This document shows positions 8,396 to 10,048 of a stretch of DNA of 10,048 bases, in pieces. Position numbers and translations under genes: made by a program. Source of the DNA: Chthoniobacteraceae bacterium. Its GTDB lineage: Bacteria > Verrucomicrobiota > Verrucomicrobiia > Chthoniobacterales > Chthoniobacteraceae. The stretch lies in contig JANNXQ010000026.1 in assembly GCA_031409655.1 (NCBI GenBank), forward strand, positions 1 through 10,048, given 5' to 3'. Within the stretch, counting starts at the first letter, position 1. Each line of letters begins with the position of its first letter. Below the pieces are notes generated by a model, which saw nothing but the letters and a program-made list of their open reading frames with translations, was not told the origin of the DNA and searched no databases.

Positions 8396-8875
8396 TCAGC
8401 GGTTGCCGCGGATTTCTCCGATCACCTGCACCATGCGGGCGGCGGCTCGGGCCGCTTCGGTGCCGCGGTTGATCTCCTCCCCGATGCAGCGCTCGCGCGC
8501 CTGCGCTTCATTTTTCACCAGGAGCACCTCGTGGATGATCGGGATCCGCGTGGAAAGGGAAAGCTGCTGGAGCGAGGCCGTGATCGTCTGCGCGATGAGC
8601 GAGGCGTGCGCCGTCTGCCCTTCGATGATCACGCCGAGCGCGATGATCGCATCCACCCCGCCCCGCGTCGCGACTTCGCTGACCGCGAGCGGGATTTCAA
8701 AAGCCCCCGGCACTTCATACAGCGAGACGCTGAAGACATTCGAGATGGCGAGCAATTCCGCCCGGGTGTGCTCGACGAGCGCTCCGACATATTCCGCGTG
8801 ATACTGACCCGCGACGATCGCGAACGAGCGGCGCTGGCCGACGACGCGCGGACGGGATGGCAGGATATTCGACAT
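8396..8875 (-). CDS. ribH: 6,7-dimethyl-8-ribityllumazine synthase (riboflavin biosynthesis), 159 aa
   Basis: Motifs AIVA, VPGAFEIP, DAIIALGVIIEGQTAH, QARER and NRGTEAARAAARM; typical length; adjacent to nusB. Confidence 0.94.
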   Translation of the reverse strand: MSNILPSRPRVVGQRRSFAIVAGQYHAEYVGALVEHTRAELLAISNVFSVSLYEVPGAFEIPLAVSEVATRGGVDAIIALGVIIEGQTAHASLIAQTITASLQQLSLSTRIPIIHEVLLVKNEAQARERCIGEEINRGTEAARAAARMVQVIGEIRGNR

Positions 8876-8885
8876 GCGGGGCGCG

Positions 8886-8913
8886 AGAGTACGGGGAACG
8901 AGACGCGGTGCAA
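8886..8913 (-). promoter_or_regulatory. Putative sigma70-type promoter for ribH-nusB(-recCBD)
   Basis: Minus strand TTGCAC (8913-8908), 16-nt spacer, TACTCT (8891-8886), then 10 nt to the ribH ATG with no SD in between. Confidence 0.5.
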
Positions 8914-8964
8914 CAAGTTATCGTCACGCTCGCCTTTCGCCGCCCAGCACCTTAGTAAAAGTCC

Positions 8965-9903
8965 GTGCCCGTCGTCGTCCCCGATCTTCAGGAGTGGTAT
9001 TCCGAGGAAGCCGGATTTGAACATCCGCTCTGGCCGGCCATCGAGCAGTGGATCGAAGCTCGCGTGTCGGCACCGAAGCGAAATGAAGCCTGGATCGCCG
9101 TAGCGCGGCACTGGCTGCAGCGCGTGCGCAAGCGTCTCGGCGACACCTTCCACCTCGCTGAGTCCACAAACTTCCACCTTCTCTCCGCCCTCGATCCGCG
9201 ACGGACGAAAGCCGCTCTCCGCTTTCTAGAAAGCGCCCTCGGCTCGATCCGGAGCAGTCTCGGCGATCTCGCGAGCACCGACTACTTTGGCAAACACGCC
9301 TGCATCGTCTTTCAGGATCAGGATCCCTACTACCGCTACATCTCCCACTTCTACCCCGACGGCGAACACGCGAGCAGTAGCGGAGTGTTCCTGGGCGGCG
9401 GCTACAATCATATCGTGGTTCCTTCGGATGAGGTGAGTCAGTTGCAGAGCGTGCTCGTTCACGAGTTGACCCACAACTCCGTCGTCCATCTGCCCTTGCC
9501 GCTGTGGCTCAACGAAGGCGTGGCCATGATCCTGGAAGAGGCGGTGAACGGCTCGGTGACCTACACCCTCAATCGCGAGACTGCAGACCGGCATCGCGCC
9601 TTCTGGAGCGCGGCGACGATCCAGCAGTTTTGGGAAGGTTCCTCGTGGGAGCTGATCGAAAACGGGAACGAACTTTCCTACAGCCTCGCCCAGATTCTCA
9701 TGCGGATTTTCTACGAAGACGTGCGGCCCGGACCCGAGAAATTTCGCGACTTCGTCCGCGACGCCCGACGCGAAGATGCCGGTCAGCAGTCGCTGCGGAA
9801 ACACTTTGAACTCTCGCTCGGCGAACTGGCCGCGGAGTTCCTCGGAGATGGCAACTGGGAACCCCAGCCCGCCAAATGGACCAAGAGCCCGAACGACGCC
9901 TAA
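8965..9903 (+). CDS. Uncharacterised protein with gluzincin-type Zn-metallopeptidase motif (peptidase MA-like), 312 aa
   Basis: VLVHELTH (H166-E167-x-x-H170, nt 9460-9474) then PLWLNEGVA (E184, nt 9514-9516). Amino-acid composition is protein-like, unlike the Arg-rich shadow ORFs. GTG start is uncertain. No obvious signal peptide or TM helix. Confidence 0.85.
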   Translation: MPVVVPDLQEWYSEEAGFEHPLWPAIEQWIEARVSAPKRNEAWIAVARHWLQRVRKRLGDTFHLAESTNFHLLSALDPRRTKAALRFLESALGSIRSSLGDLASTDYFGKHACIVFQDQDPYYRYISHFYPDGEHASSSGVFLGGGYNHIVVPSDEVSQLQSVLVHELTHNSVVHLPLPLWLNEGVAMILEEAVNGSVTYTLNRETADRHRAFWSAATIQQFWEGSSWELIENGNELSYSLAQILMRIFYEDVRPGPEKFRDFVRDARREDAGQQSLRKHFELSLGELAAEFLGDGNWEPQPAKWTKSPNDA

Positions 9904-9918
9904 GAGCCTGCTGAAATA
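9904..9918. mobile_element. Possible terminal inverted repeat of an IS/MITE-like element (unconfirmed)
   Basis: GAGCCTGCTGAAATA directly follows the TAA stop and resembles GAG(C/G)CTG(T/C)T... ends recalled from IS5/IS1182-type elements. No partner repeat or transposase in the window. Confidence 0.2.
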
Positions 9919-10016
9919 CCCGGCGCTCGGTGGTTTGCGCGCGCCCGCGCGCCCTGTCAAACGCGCGCCGCAGGCCCCACATAGCAGGGGGGCGCGGGCG
10001 GCGGGGGTTCTCCAGA

Positions 10017-10039
10017 CCCGGCCGAACCCGCCCTCCCCC
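10017..10039 (-). other. Putative G-quadruplex-forming motif
   Basis: The minus strand reads GGGGG-A-GGG-C-GGG-TTCGGCC-GGG: four G3+ tracts with loops of 1, 1 and 7 nt. Confidence 0.35.
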
Positions 10040-10048
10040 GCGGGGCGG

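Noticed and set aside
8876..8964. FMN riboswitch or NusB/NusE boxA site upstream of ribH
   Set aside because: The 89-bp spacer is too short for an RFN element, and no GCTCTTTAACA-like sequence is visible on the minus strand.
8965..9903. Peptidase as a counterpart of ptrA, the protease gene inside the E. coli recC-ptrA-recB-recD cluster
   Set aside because: PtrA is a large periplasmic M16 enzyme with HxxEH. This protein is 312 aa with HExxH, on the opposite strand and separated from recC by two genes.
9937..9960. GCGCGC-GCCC-GCGCGC hairpin as a terminator, and minus-strand TTGACA (9960-9955) as a -35 box
   Set aside because: No U-tract follows the stem on either strand, and no TANNNT lies 16-18 nt from the TTGACA.
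1..10048. CRISPR arrays, tRNA/rRNA genes, tandem repeats, transposase or integrase genes
   Set aside because: None seen by eye; nearly the whole window is accounted for by six protein-coding genes.

Overview
GC-rich bacterial chromosomal DNA, mostly housekeeping genes. The minus strand carries ribH (lumazine synthase), nusB, recC, recB and recD in tandem; recD runs off the left edge and is missing from the ORF track. The rec genes are joined by 4-nt stop/start overlaps, and recB most likely starts at a TTG at 4619, not 4718. Divergent from ribH is a 312-aa uncharacterised gluzincin-type Zn-metallopeptidase-like gene (HELTH...NEG) of lower GC, followed by a very GC-rich non-coding tail that begins with an IS-end-like motif. 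RibH and NusB look Verrucomicrobiota-like (recalled resemblance, not a search result). I found no convincing new multi-gene system. The best leads are altered Chi-recognition residues in RecC, the ribH-nusB-recCBD linkage, a probably near-leaderless ribH promoter, and the orphan peptidase with its flank.
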